This document shows, piece by piece, positions 25,162-38,070 of a stretch of DNA of 64,000 bases; within the stretch, counting starts at the first letter, position 1; each line of letters begins with the position of its first letter. The notes beneath the pieces are model-generated. The model searched no databases and had not been told where the DNA came from. It saw only the letters and a list, made by a program, of their open reading frames with translations. The DNA comes from Macrostomum lignano (taxonomy: Eukaryota): assembly GCA_002269645.1 (NCBI GenBank), contig NIVC01000368.1, positions 1-64,000 of the forward strand, written 5' to 3'. A program made the position numbers and the translations under genes.

Positions 25162-25706
25162 TTTTTTCTTCGAGTCTCAACACAAGCAGGACTCTCGAAG
25201 GTGGTGAAACTATACTCATCTGTTTCATTCAAGAGACAAAAGACAAAATAGAAACGTGAAATCTTTTTAAATAAAATCTGATAGTTAAAGCCTTATAAAA
25301 GCTTTTGAGAGGTTTAGTATCCAATACAAGCATTCAAGCAAGCAAGCATACAAACCTTAGAGATTTAGTATAGGTGGATTGCAACGTTCCATTACTTTGT
25401 TGCTCTGTCCCTAAGCTTTCATCATAGAAAACCGCCACCTTTAGAGCGTTGGCAGATCGATTGACTTCAGCTCAATACACTGCAAATGGCACAAGGTCCT
25501 GCTTACTTTATAAAATGTAATCAAGCTTCGATTAATCCACTTTAGTTACCTAGGGATGTTAAATGATGGAAGTTTATTAGATTCGCACAAAAATCTTTTT
25601 AAGCCATGTGTTAATTACCAAAAAGTAAGACTAGGGAGCCATTGTGTTATCACATAAGTTTAATTAGAAGCAGCAACTATTAAGGAGTATAATTTCGAAC
25701 AACAAA

Positions 25707-26054
25707 TCAGTCACTTGTCTTTGGTTTCAAATTCGGATTTCGGACCAGCCGCAGTTCCCTGGTCACTCGGACGCCGTGCCAGGCCGAACCGTACGCCAGC
25801 TGCTGCTCTTCGACGCGTCGTCGGACGGCCGATGATCCGAACGTCTGCCGATTGATGAGCAGCGAGAACAGCAGCAGGGCCAGGACAAATGTTGTTAGAA
25901 TTGTTGAAGCCGAGATTAAATTCCATTTATTGTGAATTAATGCTAGCGGGTTTTCAGTTTTTGTACCGGCAATTCTAACCATTGCTTGGTTATTGATTGA
26001 TCGATGCAGCTCAGTGTGCTGAAGTATAAAACGTACGGCGTAAGGGAACTTCAA
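25707..26054 (-). CDS. Candidate small ORF with a hydrophobic segment followed by RRR
   Basis: GC-rich 3' part encodes ILTTFVLALLLFSLLI followed by AVRRRVEEQQLAYGSAWHG. An overlapping alternative frame (25711-25926) is equally open. Confidence 0.25.
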   Translation of the reverse strand: MKFPYAVRFILQHTELHRSINNQAMVRIAGTKTENPLALIHNKWNLISASTILTTFVLALLLFSLLINRQTFGSSAVRRRVEEQQLAYGSAWHGVRVTRELRLVRNPNLKPKTSD

Positions 26055-26169
26055 AATGTCAGTCTTCTCTTGAATTTTCCTATTGTCTATTTACCATAGA
26101 CTATTTGAAAAGAGAATTAAGATGGTTTAAAGTCATTTTACATTCCGAATTAAAGTTATTTTGGTCAAG

Positions 26170-26770
26170 GAGTGTCATTGTGGACTCAGAAGCGTGATTG
26201 TAGAGTCAGAAGTGTCATTGTGGAGTCAGAAGTGTCACTTTGGAGTCAGACGTGTCATTGTGTCATTGTGGAGTCGGGAGTGTCATTGTGGAGTCAGAAG
26301 TGTCATTGTGGAGTCAGCAGTGTCATTGTGGAGTCAGGAGTGTCATTGTAGAGTCAGGAGTATCATTGTGGAGTCAGGAGTGTCATTGTGGAGTCAGGAG
26401 TGTCATTGTAGAGTCATAGTGTCATTGTGGAGTCAGTAGTGTCATTGTGGAGTCAGGAGTGTCATTGTAGAGTCAGGAGTATCATTGTGGAGTCAGAAGT
26501 GTCACTTTGGAGTCAGACGTGTCATTGTGGAGTGAAACGTGTCATTGTGTCATTGTGGAGTCAGTAGTGTCATTGTGGAGTCAGGAGTGTCATTGTAGAG
26601 TCAGGAGTATCATTGTGGAGTCAGAAGTGTCACTTTGGAGTCAGACGTGTCATTGTGGAGTGAAACGTGTCATTGTGTCATTGTGGAGTCGGGAGTGTCA
26701 TTGTGGAGTCAGAAGTGTCATTGTGGAGTCAGAAGTGTCATTGTGGAGTCAGGAGTGTCATTGTGGAGTA
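26170..26770. repeat. 20-bp minisatellite (GTGTCATTGTGGAGTCAGGA)
   Basis: About 30 variable tandem units. Confidence 0.92.
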
Positions 26771-27604
26771 TCATCGTGGGCTCAAACTACGGAAGGTACC
26801 AATTACAAGCTTAAAGTGGTTGCCCAACGGCTAAGCAAAAGTTATTGAATTTTTAATTCATCTACTACTGATTTTACTATCGACGAGAATATTGACAATA
26901 TATTAAATGATTGACAGAAAATACTTTGTAATCTAACCAATTTCCAGTCTTTAATTTGTCATTACATGTTATTTGCAAGTCCTAGAAAACAACTCAAAGG
27001 TCGTTTCGGACCTAGAAAACAGGTTGTTGCTAAAGATCTGCGAGCATACGACGTATCAGGCAGTTCATTTCTATCGGAAATTTTCTAGACATTAATAGCA
27101 GCATTTCAACGAATGGTCACGCAATGGAAATGTACAGCCGCATTTTATTGGGTTTTACCCAGTAATTTGCCACCCGAACCTGCCTCTCTCTCTCTCATCT
27201 CTCTTAAGTCTCTTCAAGCGAAAAACTTGTCTGTCCAAACACCCCCTTTTGCATACACAGCTGAACTCAACCAAATTAGCCCCTTAGCCCCTCAACCCTA
27301 CCCCCCCCCGCTGAGCGCGAGCAGTCACGTGATGTTCTAAAACAACACCGTACTCGCCTAGGCATAGCCAGAGACAGAGCTGCAGGGGTATGACAAGTTA
27401 AATAAAATATATCAATGTATTTCTCGGTCCTGCCCGCCCCTCTCTCGGCACACAAAATGTAGCTCTTCACTTTAAATAGTTTAAGAGTTGAAGTTTTGCT
27501 AACTTTTTGCGTGCATTTTGTGCAGTCTTTTTTCTGTTAGAGCTCTTCATAAGGCTTGAGTCTCAAAACAGCGCGAAAGTACCTGTTGCTCTCTGTTGAG
27601 TAAA

Positions 27605-30600
27605 ATGAACCGATACCAGAACGTGTCACCGGAACAAGTCGAAAGCAATCGTCAGCCGCAAGGAGCTGATCAATCGGCTTTCGCGGCATTCGCGTCCTGC
27701 TTCCGCTGCGGTCAAAGCCACTCCTCCGCGGGCAGTTGCAGCAGCGGCAGCAACAGTTCGCCATCGGCCGCAGCTGCCGATGGGTCAACCGATCGACACC
27801 GAACTCGAGCAGAGTCGCGTCGGGAGATTCGTCGATTGCGTACTCGACTGTTTGAGTTTATTAACAGCAAACAGCAGCCGAGAAACTACAGTCTGATGAT
27901 CAGGTACCTGCTGCACTGGCAGGTCAGCGTGTACAGTCTGGTTTGGACTGACGTCCTGCTGTGGATCGGTCTGTACACCGTGGTCAACGTGCTGTACAGA
28001 CACGCGCTCGACCCGAATCAACAAGCAACATTTGTAAGGATTGTACATTCAGTTGGAGTCTGGCAGTCTAATGTGCCCGTTACGTTTCTGCTTGGTTTCT
28101 ACGTCAGCACCGTGGTTGATCGCTGGTGGAAGGCCTACCTGGTTAGTATGGATTTATTTACCTTTAAAGGCATGGAATGTTTTTGTAACTAAATGATTTT
28201 AAGATAGGATTATTGGGTGCATGTCTAATTGATCATGGATTGGACTGTTGGGTGTTTAATTGATCATGGATTGGACTGTTGGGTGTCTAATTGATCATGG
28301 ATTGGACTGTTGGGTGTTTAATTGATCATGGATTGGACTGTTGGGTGTTTAATTGATCATGGATTGGACTGTTGGGTGTCTAATTGATCATGGATTGGAC
28401 TGTTGGGTGTGTAATTGATCATGGATTGGACTGTTGGGTGTTTAATTGATCATGGATTGGACTGTTGGGTGTCTAATTGATCATGGATTGGACTGTTGGG
28501 TGTGTAATTGATCATTGATTGGACTGTTGGGTGTGTAATTGATCATTGATTGGACTGTTGGGTGTCTAATTGATCATGGATTGGACTGTTGGGTGTGTAA
28601 TTGATCATGGATTGGACTGTTGGGTGTCTAATTGATCATGGATTGGATTATTGAGTGTCTAATGGATCATGGATTAGATTATTGGGTGTCTAATGGATCA
28701 TGGATAGGATTATTGAGTGTCTAATGGATCATGGATTGGATTATTGGGTGTCTAATTGATCATGGATTGGATTATTGGGTGTCTAATTGATCATGGATTG
28801 GATTATTGGGTGTCTAATGGATCATGGATTGGACTGTTGGGTGTTTAATTTATCATGGATTGGACTATTGGGTGTCTAATGGATCATGGATTGGATTATT
28901 GGGTGTCTAATGGATCATGGATTGGATTATTGGGTGTCTAATTGATCATGGATTGGATTATTGGGTGTCTAATGGATCATGGATTGGACTGTTGGGTGTC
29001 TAATTGATCATGGATTGGACTGTTGGGTGTGTAATTGATCATGGATTGGACTGTTGGGTGTCTAATTGATCATGGATTGGACTGTTGGGTGTGTAATTGA
29101 TCATGGATTGGACTGTTGAGTGTCTAATGGATCATGGATTGGATTATTGGGTGTCTAATTGATCATGGATTGGATTATTGAGTGTCTAATTGATCATGGA
29201 TTGGATTATTGAGTGTCTAATTGATCATGGATTGGATTATTGAGTGTCTAATGGATCATGGATTGGATTATTGGGTGTCTAATTGATCATGGATTGGATT
29301 ATTGGGTGTCTAATGGATCATGGATTGGACTGTTGGGTGTGTAATTGATCATGGATTGGACTGTTGGGTGTGTAATTGATCATGGATTGGACTGTTGGGT
29401 GTGTAATTGATCATGGATTGGATTATTGAGTGTCTAATGGATCATGGATTGGATTATTGGGTGTCTAATTGATCATGGATTGGACTGTTGGGTGTTTAAT
29501 TGATCATGGATTGGACTGTTGGGTGTGTAATTGATCATGGATTGGACTGTTGGGTGTGTAATTGATCATGGATTGGACTGTTGGGTGTGTAATTGATCAT
29601 GGATTGGACTGTTGGGTGTGTAATTGATCATGGATTGGACTGTTGGGTGTGTAATTGATCATGGATTGGACTGTTGGGTGTGTAATTGATCATGGATTGG
29701 ACTGTTGGGTGTCTAATTGATCATGGATTGGACTGTTGGGTGTGTAATTGATCATGGATTGGATTATTGAGTGTCTAATGGATCATGGATTGGATTATTG
29801 GGTGTCTAATGGATCATGGATTGGATTATTGGGTGTCTAATGGATCATGGATTGGACTGTTGGGTGTTTAATTCATCATGGATTGGATTATTGGCTGTTT
29901 AATTGATCATGGATTGGACTGTTGGGTGTTTAATTGATCATGGATTGGACTGTTGGGTGTTTAATTGATCATGGATTGGACTGTTGGGTGTTTAATTGAT
30001 CATGGATTGGACTGTTGGGTGTTTAATTGATCATGGATTGGACTGTTGGGTGTGTAATTGATCATGGATTGGACTGTTGGGTGTGTAATGGATCATGGAT
30101 TAGATTATTGGGTGTCTAATGGATCATGGATTGGATTATTGAGTGTCTAATGGATCATGGATTGGACTGTTGGGTGTGTAATTGATCATGGATTGGATTA
30201 TTGGGTGTCTAATTGATCATGGATTGGACTGTTGGGTGTGTAATTGATCATGGATTGGATTATTGGGTGTCTAATTGATCATGGATTGGACTGTTGGGTG
30301 TGTAATTGATCATAGATAGGATTATTGAGTGTCTAATTGCTCCCGATTAGAGCTGTACCTGCAATCACCATGAACCCACCCGACAATGCTACAGGACATT
30401 CCAACGATGTCAACGCCCGCCCTGAGAATCGAGTCTGCCGTGTTTAACAATCAGGATCCGAACAAAGCTGAGCGCATCCGCTTGACACTGTCCCGTTACA
30501 TGAACCTGGCATGGCTGCTCTACATGTGGAAAATTAGCGAGAAAATTAAGCAGAGATTTCGAATTTTGAAAAGTCTGATTGGCGAGAAAAATCGATACCC

Positions 30601-33600
30601 AGATAAGCGAACTGTTGGTGAGTGATTAGAGAGGCCGTGGCTTTAATTTGATTCCGATAGTGAGGTACGATTTAAAGTGGGAGAATCTCCTGAAGTGGAA
30701 TTATCCGTCCTGAAGTGGGATTATCTGTCCTGAAGTGGAATTATCTGTCCTAAAGTGGGATTATCTGTCCTGAAGTGGGATTATCTGTCCTAAAGTTGCA
30801 CTGTCGGTATTGAAGGCTTCTATGTCAATAATCTAGTTTCGCTATCCTAGAAACGGTCGAGCTTGGGAATTTTCGCGGTTCCTTCCACAGACTGGGGCAG
30901 CATACCATCGGCCAGACGTACCGACCAACGCAACGAGCGCGATCAGCACCATCACACTAAACTGCTAGCCGCCTCCGCTGGCCATCTGGAGAATTCCGGC
31001 AATGCTGAGGACGCCTTTCACTCCCGGGTTGGCAGTAATGGCCGGGCCTATCCGGCTTTGCATCGAATCCAATCGGAGTCCGTGCGACCCGAAGTCAAAG
31101 CGAATCAGGTTTGGCTGGGGAAGCGGGCGCAGAGCGCTGTACTTTTTGGTGTTTCTATTTTTAGAAACAATGTACAGTGAATTGGGAGTGAGGTGGTTGA
31201 ATAGAGAGGGTTAGAGAATTTTTTTGGGTTTTAAAAATAGAAACAAAATGTACGCCCGGTTGAAGCCAATAAATAGGAGAAAAACACTTGATGCTAAATA
31301 TAGAAACACAATGTACATAGGCGATAGTCTATTCTTTCCTCCATGGTCTAGGATTAAAAGGAGTCTAAAAAATAGTAGATTTTGCTGGGAGCAATGAGTG
31401 ACCAAAAGGGTCGTGGTAGGTTAAAGGTTTCACTGCCTATTCATTTTTCTGCTTTTTATGTAGAAACTATTTATAACCAAAATGAAGAAATTTGAGTACA
31501 TTAATTTAACTTCTACGAGTATAAAGTGCAGCATGTACGGTAAACTTGAACTTTATATAGTGGATAAGATTCCTTCATAATTTTTCCGTCATTCATTTAC
31601 ATCTAGGTTGAGCTGCTAGTCCAGGACCTGGTGCTACTCAACCAGGACCCGGTTGTTCAAGAAAACTACGGCGAAATCATAACGCCAAGCGAGATTGCCG
31701 TGTTCGAAGCTCGAGCCTGGCAGTCGCCAGGTCATTATTCGATTGAGTATGAGCTGCCGCTTCACTGGGCCAGCGCCGTGGCCTGGCAGGCAGCCAGGGA
31801 AGGCTTCGTTCACGGCCACGAAGGCTACGAGACCATTGTGCGAGTTCTGTGCGACTGGATGAGCCTGTTGGGAGCGATTAGCAAATATGCTAATAAGAAC
31901 CTGCCGCTTGTCTACACACAGGTTAGTGAGGGGGTAGCGATACTTGCACGACATGGGTAGGGGCGCCAACCAGGAGACAGGGGCGCCCACCAAGAGACAG
32001 GGGCGCCAACCAAGAGACAGGGGCGCTCACCAAGAGACAGGGGCGCCAACCAGGAGACAGAGGCGCTCACCAAGAGACAGGGGCGCCAACCAACAGACAG
32101 GGGCGCTCATTAAGAGACAGGGACACTCATCAAGAGACCAGGGCGCTCACCAAGAGACAGGGGCGCCCACCAGGAGACAGGGGTGCCCACCAGGAGACAG
32201 GGGTGCCCACCAGGAGACAGGGGTGCCCATGACCAGGAGACAGGGGTGCCCACCAGGAGACAGGGGTGCCCACCAGGAGACAGGGGTGCCCACCAGGAAA
32301 CAGGGGTGCCGACCAGGAGACAGGATTGCCCACCAAAACACCAAATATGACACTGCATGGCCACCTTAGGGCTACCGCTCTCCAATTAAAGTTCTTGCCT
32401 AAGCCATTGCACTAATTCAATAATTCACTGATCGCCCAACACTTACACAGGTAGTAATAATCGCAGTGTACACCTGGTTCTTCATCGAAGTGGTCGCCTC
32501 CCAGAATCTCATGCAGCCGCACGTGGCCAATTTGACGTCCAGTTTAGTGTTCGCCAACTCATCATCGGATATAGCGTCGGCTTCGGGCGTGGAAGTTCCG
32601 GAAACCGATCACGGACTGCCGCACTCTCGGTTGTACTCGATGCAGTACTGGACTGATTTCTATGTGCCAATATTTGCGCTGGTTAAACTGCTGTTTGTAC
32701 TTGGATGGTTCAAGGTTTGCATTCTTGAATTTTTTAATTCTGTGGGCTTGCTAAATGTACAAGCGTCCTTTGGTGTTGTAATGGACGTTTATAGGAGTGT
32801 ATTGGATTAACCGCAACGGAGGTATTGGAATGTACATGTACATAATATACGACCTTGGTAAATAAAGATGTTACAATGAACGTCTAAGGTTTGCGTTGGA
32901 ATAGACAATCCATTTGTATGTTAGTTTACGTCGGAAAGTCCAATGAGTTGGAATGAATGCTCATGAGTGTGTTGGAATGAATGTCCATGATCAGTGTGTT
33001 GGAATTGAATGTCCACGAGTGTGTTGGAATCAATGTACACGAGTGTGTTGGAATGACTGTACACGAGTGTGTTGGAATGAATGTCCACGAGTGTTGAAAT
33101 GAATGTACACGAGTGTTGGAATGAATGTACACGAGTGCGTTGGAATGAATGTCCACGAGTGTGTTGGAATGAATGTACACGAGTGTGTTGGAATGAATGT
33201 CCACGAGTGTGTTGGAATGAATGTACACGAGTGTGTTGGAATGAATGTCCACGAGTGTGTTGGAATGAATGTACACGAGTGTGTTGGAATGAATGTCCAC
33301 GAGTGTGTTGGAATGAATGTACACGAGTGTGTTGGAATGAATGTCCACGAGTGTGTTGGAATGAATGTACACGAGTGTGTTGGAATGAATCTCCACGAGT
33401 GTGTTGGAATGAATGTATACGAGTGTGTTGGAATGAATATACATCATTGTGTTCGTGTGGATGTCGATGAGTGTGTAATTGGATTGGACGTCCAGGATAT
33501 TTTGAGACTGACGCCAAATAGTAAATGTACATTGGAATAAAATTCCGTGGGCGGGCTTGAACTTGCATTCGGTAGAAATCTACCACGGTAGTAAACAGAT

Positions 33601-34205
33601 TTACATGAGCTACTATACAATGTAAGCTTACATGTCAGATATAATACAGATATAATACAAGGACATTTGTAATTTGTGCCGTATATGCAACTTACCAGCT
33701 GATGTCAACCAAGTGTTCTCAACAATACTCTAAAATATAGGTCGCATTTCTCCTCATGGACCCTTACGGCGACGATTTGGACGGCTTACCATTTAGCGAC
33801 GTTCTGAACTCGAATCTGCGCCGCGGCCGCACAATGGCCGGCTTTCCCAGCCGAATGCTACCGAAAAAGTTGCAACAGCCGCGCCAGAAACGAAAAGAGC
33901 ATCAGCACCAGGATCAGACCTCGGCGTCACCTTCAACAACATCGTCAGTGTTACTGTGCTATGCATGCGCGACGAATCAAGGCAAAACTAACAAAGACAA
34001 CGGAGATGTCGATGACAAAGACTACGACGACTATTTGAGCAGCGACGAGGAGCAAACTCGGGAGCTTCGCAGCCGACAAGCTGGACCGTGGCGGGAGGGT
34101 CCTGAAGGCAGCGGCAGTGGCCACCAGTACATGCACTATGCCGCTGTAGACAACTGCGGACGCTGCTGTCAAGGAGAGCGACCGCCGCCCGAAGATCTGC
34201 CATAG
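27605..34205 (+). CDS. BEST: Bestrophin-family anion channel, divergent, 6 exons, about 673 aa
   Basis: Exons 27605-28141, 30395-30617, 30891-31108, 31607-31921, 32451-32714 and 33741-34205 total 2022 nt, all GT-AG and phase-consistent. Family motifs PVTFLLGFYVSTVVDRWW, RLTLSRYMNL, KQRF, GEIITPSE, LPLVYTQVV, FYVPIFALVKLLFVLGWFKVA, MDPYGDD. AATAAA at 34269. Confidence 0.9.
28218..30340. repeat. 31-bp minisatellite (AATTGATCATGGATTGGACTGTTGGGTGT(C/G/T)T), about 68 units, bestrophin intron 1
   Basis: The array occupies about 94% of the 2253-nt intron. Confidence 0.95.
30672..30798. repeat. 20-bp repeat (TCCTGAAGTGGGATTATCTG), about 6 units, bestrophin intron 2
   Basis: Visible tandem units. 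Confidence 0.85.
31960..32335. repeat. 20-bp minisatellite (GGGCGCCAACCAGGAGACAG), about 19 units, bestrophin intron 4
   Basis: Visible tandem units. Confidence 0.9.
32945..33440. repeat. 24-bp minisatellite (GGAATGAATGT[A/C]CACGAGTGTGTT), bestrophin intron 5; alternating variants give a 48-bp higher-order unit
   Basis: Strict GTAC/GTCC alternation over about 33060-33380. Confidence 0.92.
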
Positions 34206-35666
34206 ATACTACTTACAAACAGCACTAGATATAATAGAAATCAAATACAGCTGTAACAGAGGCGATCCAATAAAATGAGGAGACGTACGTTCACATTATT
34301 GAATGCCATATGTCATAAATACCATTGACCGCTTCCTGGGCACAACATTTACATACTGCTCCAAGGTATAGTACATGTAAAGGCAAGATTTTTTGACGCG
34401 ACTGTCTGCAAAAGGCTTTTAAAAATATTTGGCAGGTGTGCTGTCTCTAGCCTCGCTTAGTACTTTTTACCTTGGAGCAGTAGTACAATAGTTTAAGTTC
34501 GTCAATTTTATTGGATCCCTATAGTTACGGGAAACCTTTGTTTCTTGGAAAAATTTAGAAGGCAGGTTTTTCCCAAAAATACACTACGGAGATTGGAAGT
34601 TTTCATTTCTTCAGCAGAAAATTTATTTATTGATTTCGATAGGAGGCAGACCTAGCTAATGTTATTTTTTATAGCTCTATTGATATTCGTGGAGCTTTTT
34701 GTTTAGAAAATGAGGATTCTATATGTTAAATTTTTTATTCTACGTCGCGTACATTCCATGTACCTAAAAATCATAAAAATGCATGGCACAGCTCGACTCG
34801 TTGGTTTATTTTAATGAATCGATTTCTATCATCTGTGTTACAAATATTGTCAGCTAAGCATGAATAAAAAAGATACATAAAACCAATGAGCTGAGCCGTT
34901 CCATTTTAATGGTTTCTGACACAGGACATGTACAATTAGTACGATTTTTTGTGCTGAAAGAAATAATGGTAGCTAAGGTGCAGTGAGACCTAAATAAACT
35001 GGCATCTGGACTAGGAAGCATCTTAGCTCATACAGAGAGCATTAAGGCACCTTGAAGTTCACTAACATCTTCCGAAATTTTATAACATTACAGATTAACA
35101 AAACTATATACGTGATTTTGTAGCCATAAATGTACCTTTCAAATAACAATTTCTAAAAAAAAAACAGGTGTACAAAATTGATCTCATCACTATTGCAGAA
35201 TTCCAAAATCACTTGAAGACTAACATAACATGCTACTATTAGTAAGTGCATTAACGATGCTGCTACAGATTAAAAATTATTTTTATTAAGCTGCCTTTCA
35301 ACGAATGTAACTTTTTCCAGTTTGTTTTGCTAGCTGGATATTTCATTAAAAAATTAAGCCATGTTATATTGCTATATCTAATCATATAGATAATAATTCA
35401 CTGATTTTGTTCGTTTTCATATCAAGCTTTTAACTTCCATATTGATATTCCTATCATTTGTATCTCTGTTCGTTTTCGCGCTATCGTCAGCGGAGTTTGG
35501 TTTAGCCATCGTTAATTTCTTCCTGTCCATGTATTTGTCTGGTGTTTCCCAACTAGTCACTGGTTTGGTTTCGATACATTTCTTTAACAATAAAGTTTTG
35601 TATTAATATACATTAAATACATATTTCGTTGGACGAGCTAAACAACATTGATGTTATGATAATAGC

Positions 35667-35924
35667 ATTATTATTATTAATTTATTACACATGTCCTAAT
35701 GCAGCTATTGCACGACGCATTTGAAGGCTGCGTACGGCTGTTCAGTCCAAGCTGACGGTGGGGTTGCCCAGCTAATGCTGGCGCCAATTTTACAGCTGGG
35801 TGAACTGAAGCAATGCAGAGTTGAGTGTCTTGCTCAAAGACGGATTGTGTTCGAGTGGGTCGAAAATCGAACCCCGACCTTTCAGACGTGAGTCCGACGC
35901 TCTAACCACTAGGCTGTAACCCCC
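35667..35924 (-). mobile_element. tRNA-derived SINE with a conserved-domain-like body and (TAA)n tail
   Basis: Minus strand: A box CAGCCTAGTGG, tRNA-like arm GAGCGTCGGACTCACGTCTGAAAGGTCGG, B box GGTTCGATT, body TTGAGCAAGACACTCAACTCTGCATTGCTTCAGTTCACCCAGCTGTAAA, tail AATAATAATAAT. Confidence 0.7.
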
Positions 35925-36787
35925 AAGTTATATTCAACTAAAGATTTCTATCTCAAGTCTAGTCACTTCGTATGGTTTTTAAGAATCGCAGTGCCATTTG
36001 GCATCGGGGGTCCAAGTATAAGTCTTTGAATGTCAAAGTCTAGTTTAATGATGTCATAACACAAGAAACCTATCTGTAAAACGGAAATAATGAAAAAAAA
36101 ACAAAACAATGAATTTTGCTTTTTTTCATTTTACACACAACAGCCAAATACCACAAAAATAGATTTTTAGAGTTTAAAACAAAACGTTTTATTTGGATTA
36201 GTTTGCTTCTTAACAACAAAATTTGTGTAAGTTGTATCAATAATTAAAACGACAAAAAGAATTTGCTGTTTTTTTCAAACCTTCTTAAAGTGCAAGCACA
36301 AACAAGCGTACTAATTAGATAATTAAAAGCTATTGGTGCAAAATGAACAAAGAAACCGGGGTCTTAGACTATTAATACAATAAAATTTAATATCGTTACA
36401 AACTTTTGAATAAACGACAATTACAAATTATTAAAGGGTCACATTAAACAACACTACTTAAATAATTAAAAAGCATGCATAAAGTATAAATGACGCAGGT
36501 AAGTTATAAAGTTACAGCAAGCTCAAATACACAGTTTCATAAATAGATTTTCATACACAAATGTTTAGATTTAACAATGTGAAGCTTATAATGACTAAAC
36601 AAGTGGTTCGATTGGTCACTACGATAGGAAAAGTTTCAGGACAAACAAGAGAAAACAAAAATAATTGATTAACCGACCATACACCCAGAAAAACAATAGA
36701 AAAAACGTCCCTTTTTAATAAGTACTAATTACTACTATTTAGTAGCATGACAGCATGTTGTCTTGTTGCATTCGTGTACAAACTGGA

Positions 36788-38070
36788 TTACTTTTTCTTC
36801 TTGCGAGCATCAGCGGCTGTGGCGGCGGCGGCAGAGCGAGAGCGCAGCTGCCAAATATCGGCGAGCAGCGACAGGACATTCAGGCAGTACATCGGCACGC
36901 ACACGATGCACATGTGCTTGATGACAAACACCAGGGTGTAAGCTAGCCAACCGCAGCCGATGGTCAGAGCGAGTGAGTTCAGTACGCGGAGGTGCATGCC
37001 GATCTTGCCACGAAAGAATAGCACTGCAGAGTTTAAAGGGAGTGGAAGTTCATGCTATGCAGATATGGCACTTCTGATATGGAAATGGCACTTGTGAAGT
37101 GGAAATTAATGGCACTTGTGATGTAGAAATGGCACTTCTGGTGTGGAATTAGAACTTGTGATGTGGAAATTAATGGCACTTGTGATGTGGAATTGGCACT
37201 TCTGATGTGGAAATGGCATTTGTGATGTGGAAATGGCACTTTTGATGTGGAATTGGCACTTGTGATGTGGAAATTAATGGCACTTGTGATGTGGAAATGG
37301 CATTTGTGATGTGGAAATGGCACTTCAGATGTGGAAATGGCACTTCTGGTGTGGAATTGGCACTTCTGATGTGGAAATGGCATTTGTGATGTGGAAATGG
37401 CACTTCTGATGTGGAAATGGCACTTGTGATGTGAAAATGGCACTTCAGATGTGGAAAATCGCTATTGTGATGTAGAAATGGCACTTTTGAAGTTAAAGTG
37501 ACACTTCTGATGTGGAAATAAGTTATAACAGTCTATAGAAGTCGGCACAATTATGAACATAGTAACTAAAATGCTGAGAATATGATCTCATTAAGAAGAC
37601 AATAATAATGTAAATTACAATCAGATTTTTGGCTTACCCAGTAGCAAGTGCAGTACATAGAACACGGAACCGTAGATTCCATTTGGCTGATTCAATGGAT
37701 GCTTTTCGCCAAGTAGATCACCGATAAGACCGAAGCCTTTGCCATACCTAATGAGTGAATGGATGGACATAAATGTAAGTAATATGTACCATTATCCTAA
37801 AGTACAACATTACCTAAAAGGTCATATGGGACAAGACATTTTACATACTCTCTATTTACAACCCGTTTTAACTGTCTCGAATGAATAAGTAAATCAAATA
37901 ACTCACTTTGAGGTGAATGTTTTTGAGCAACTGACATAATCAGATATGTCGCACTGGGCCTTGTATTTCGGCTCAGTGTTGATCATTTGGGTGACATAAA
38001 TGCTGTAGATGGCCAGTGCAAGTCTACTGAGATCCAGTAGAACAGACAGCAACACTCCAGCTTTGCCCAT
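36788..38070 (-). CDS. VKORC1: Vitamin K epoxide reductase (VKORC1/VKORC1L1 family), 3 exons, 169 aa
   Basis: Exons 38070-37907, 37747-37638 (110 nt) and 37023-36788 total 510 nt. Loop cysteines QCDISDYVSCS, YGKGFG, LNQPNG, active-site CIVC, C-terminal KKKK dilysine signal. Confidence 0.93.
37068..37520. repeat. 20-bp minisatellite (GTGATGTGGAAATGGCACTT), VKOR intron 2
   Basis: About 22 variable units. Confidence 0.9.

Noticed and set aside
32921-33586. His- and Cys-periodic ORFs (HSFQHTR, CVGMNVHE) resembling metal-binding repeats
   Set aside because: 24-bp intronic minisatellite open on both strands, with no independent coding evidence.
35830-35924. Functional tRNA gene
   Set aside because: The acceptor stem is not reconstructable and the sequence continues into a SINE body and TAA tail. 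The same applies to 19740-19820.
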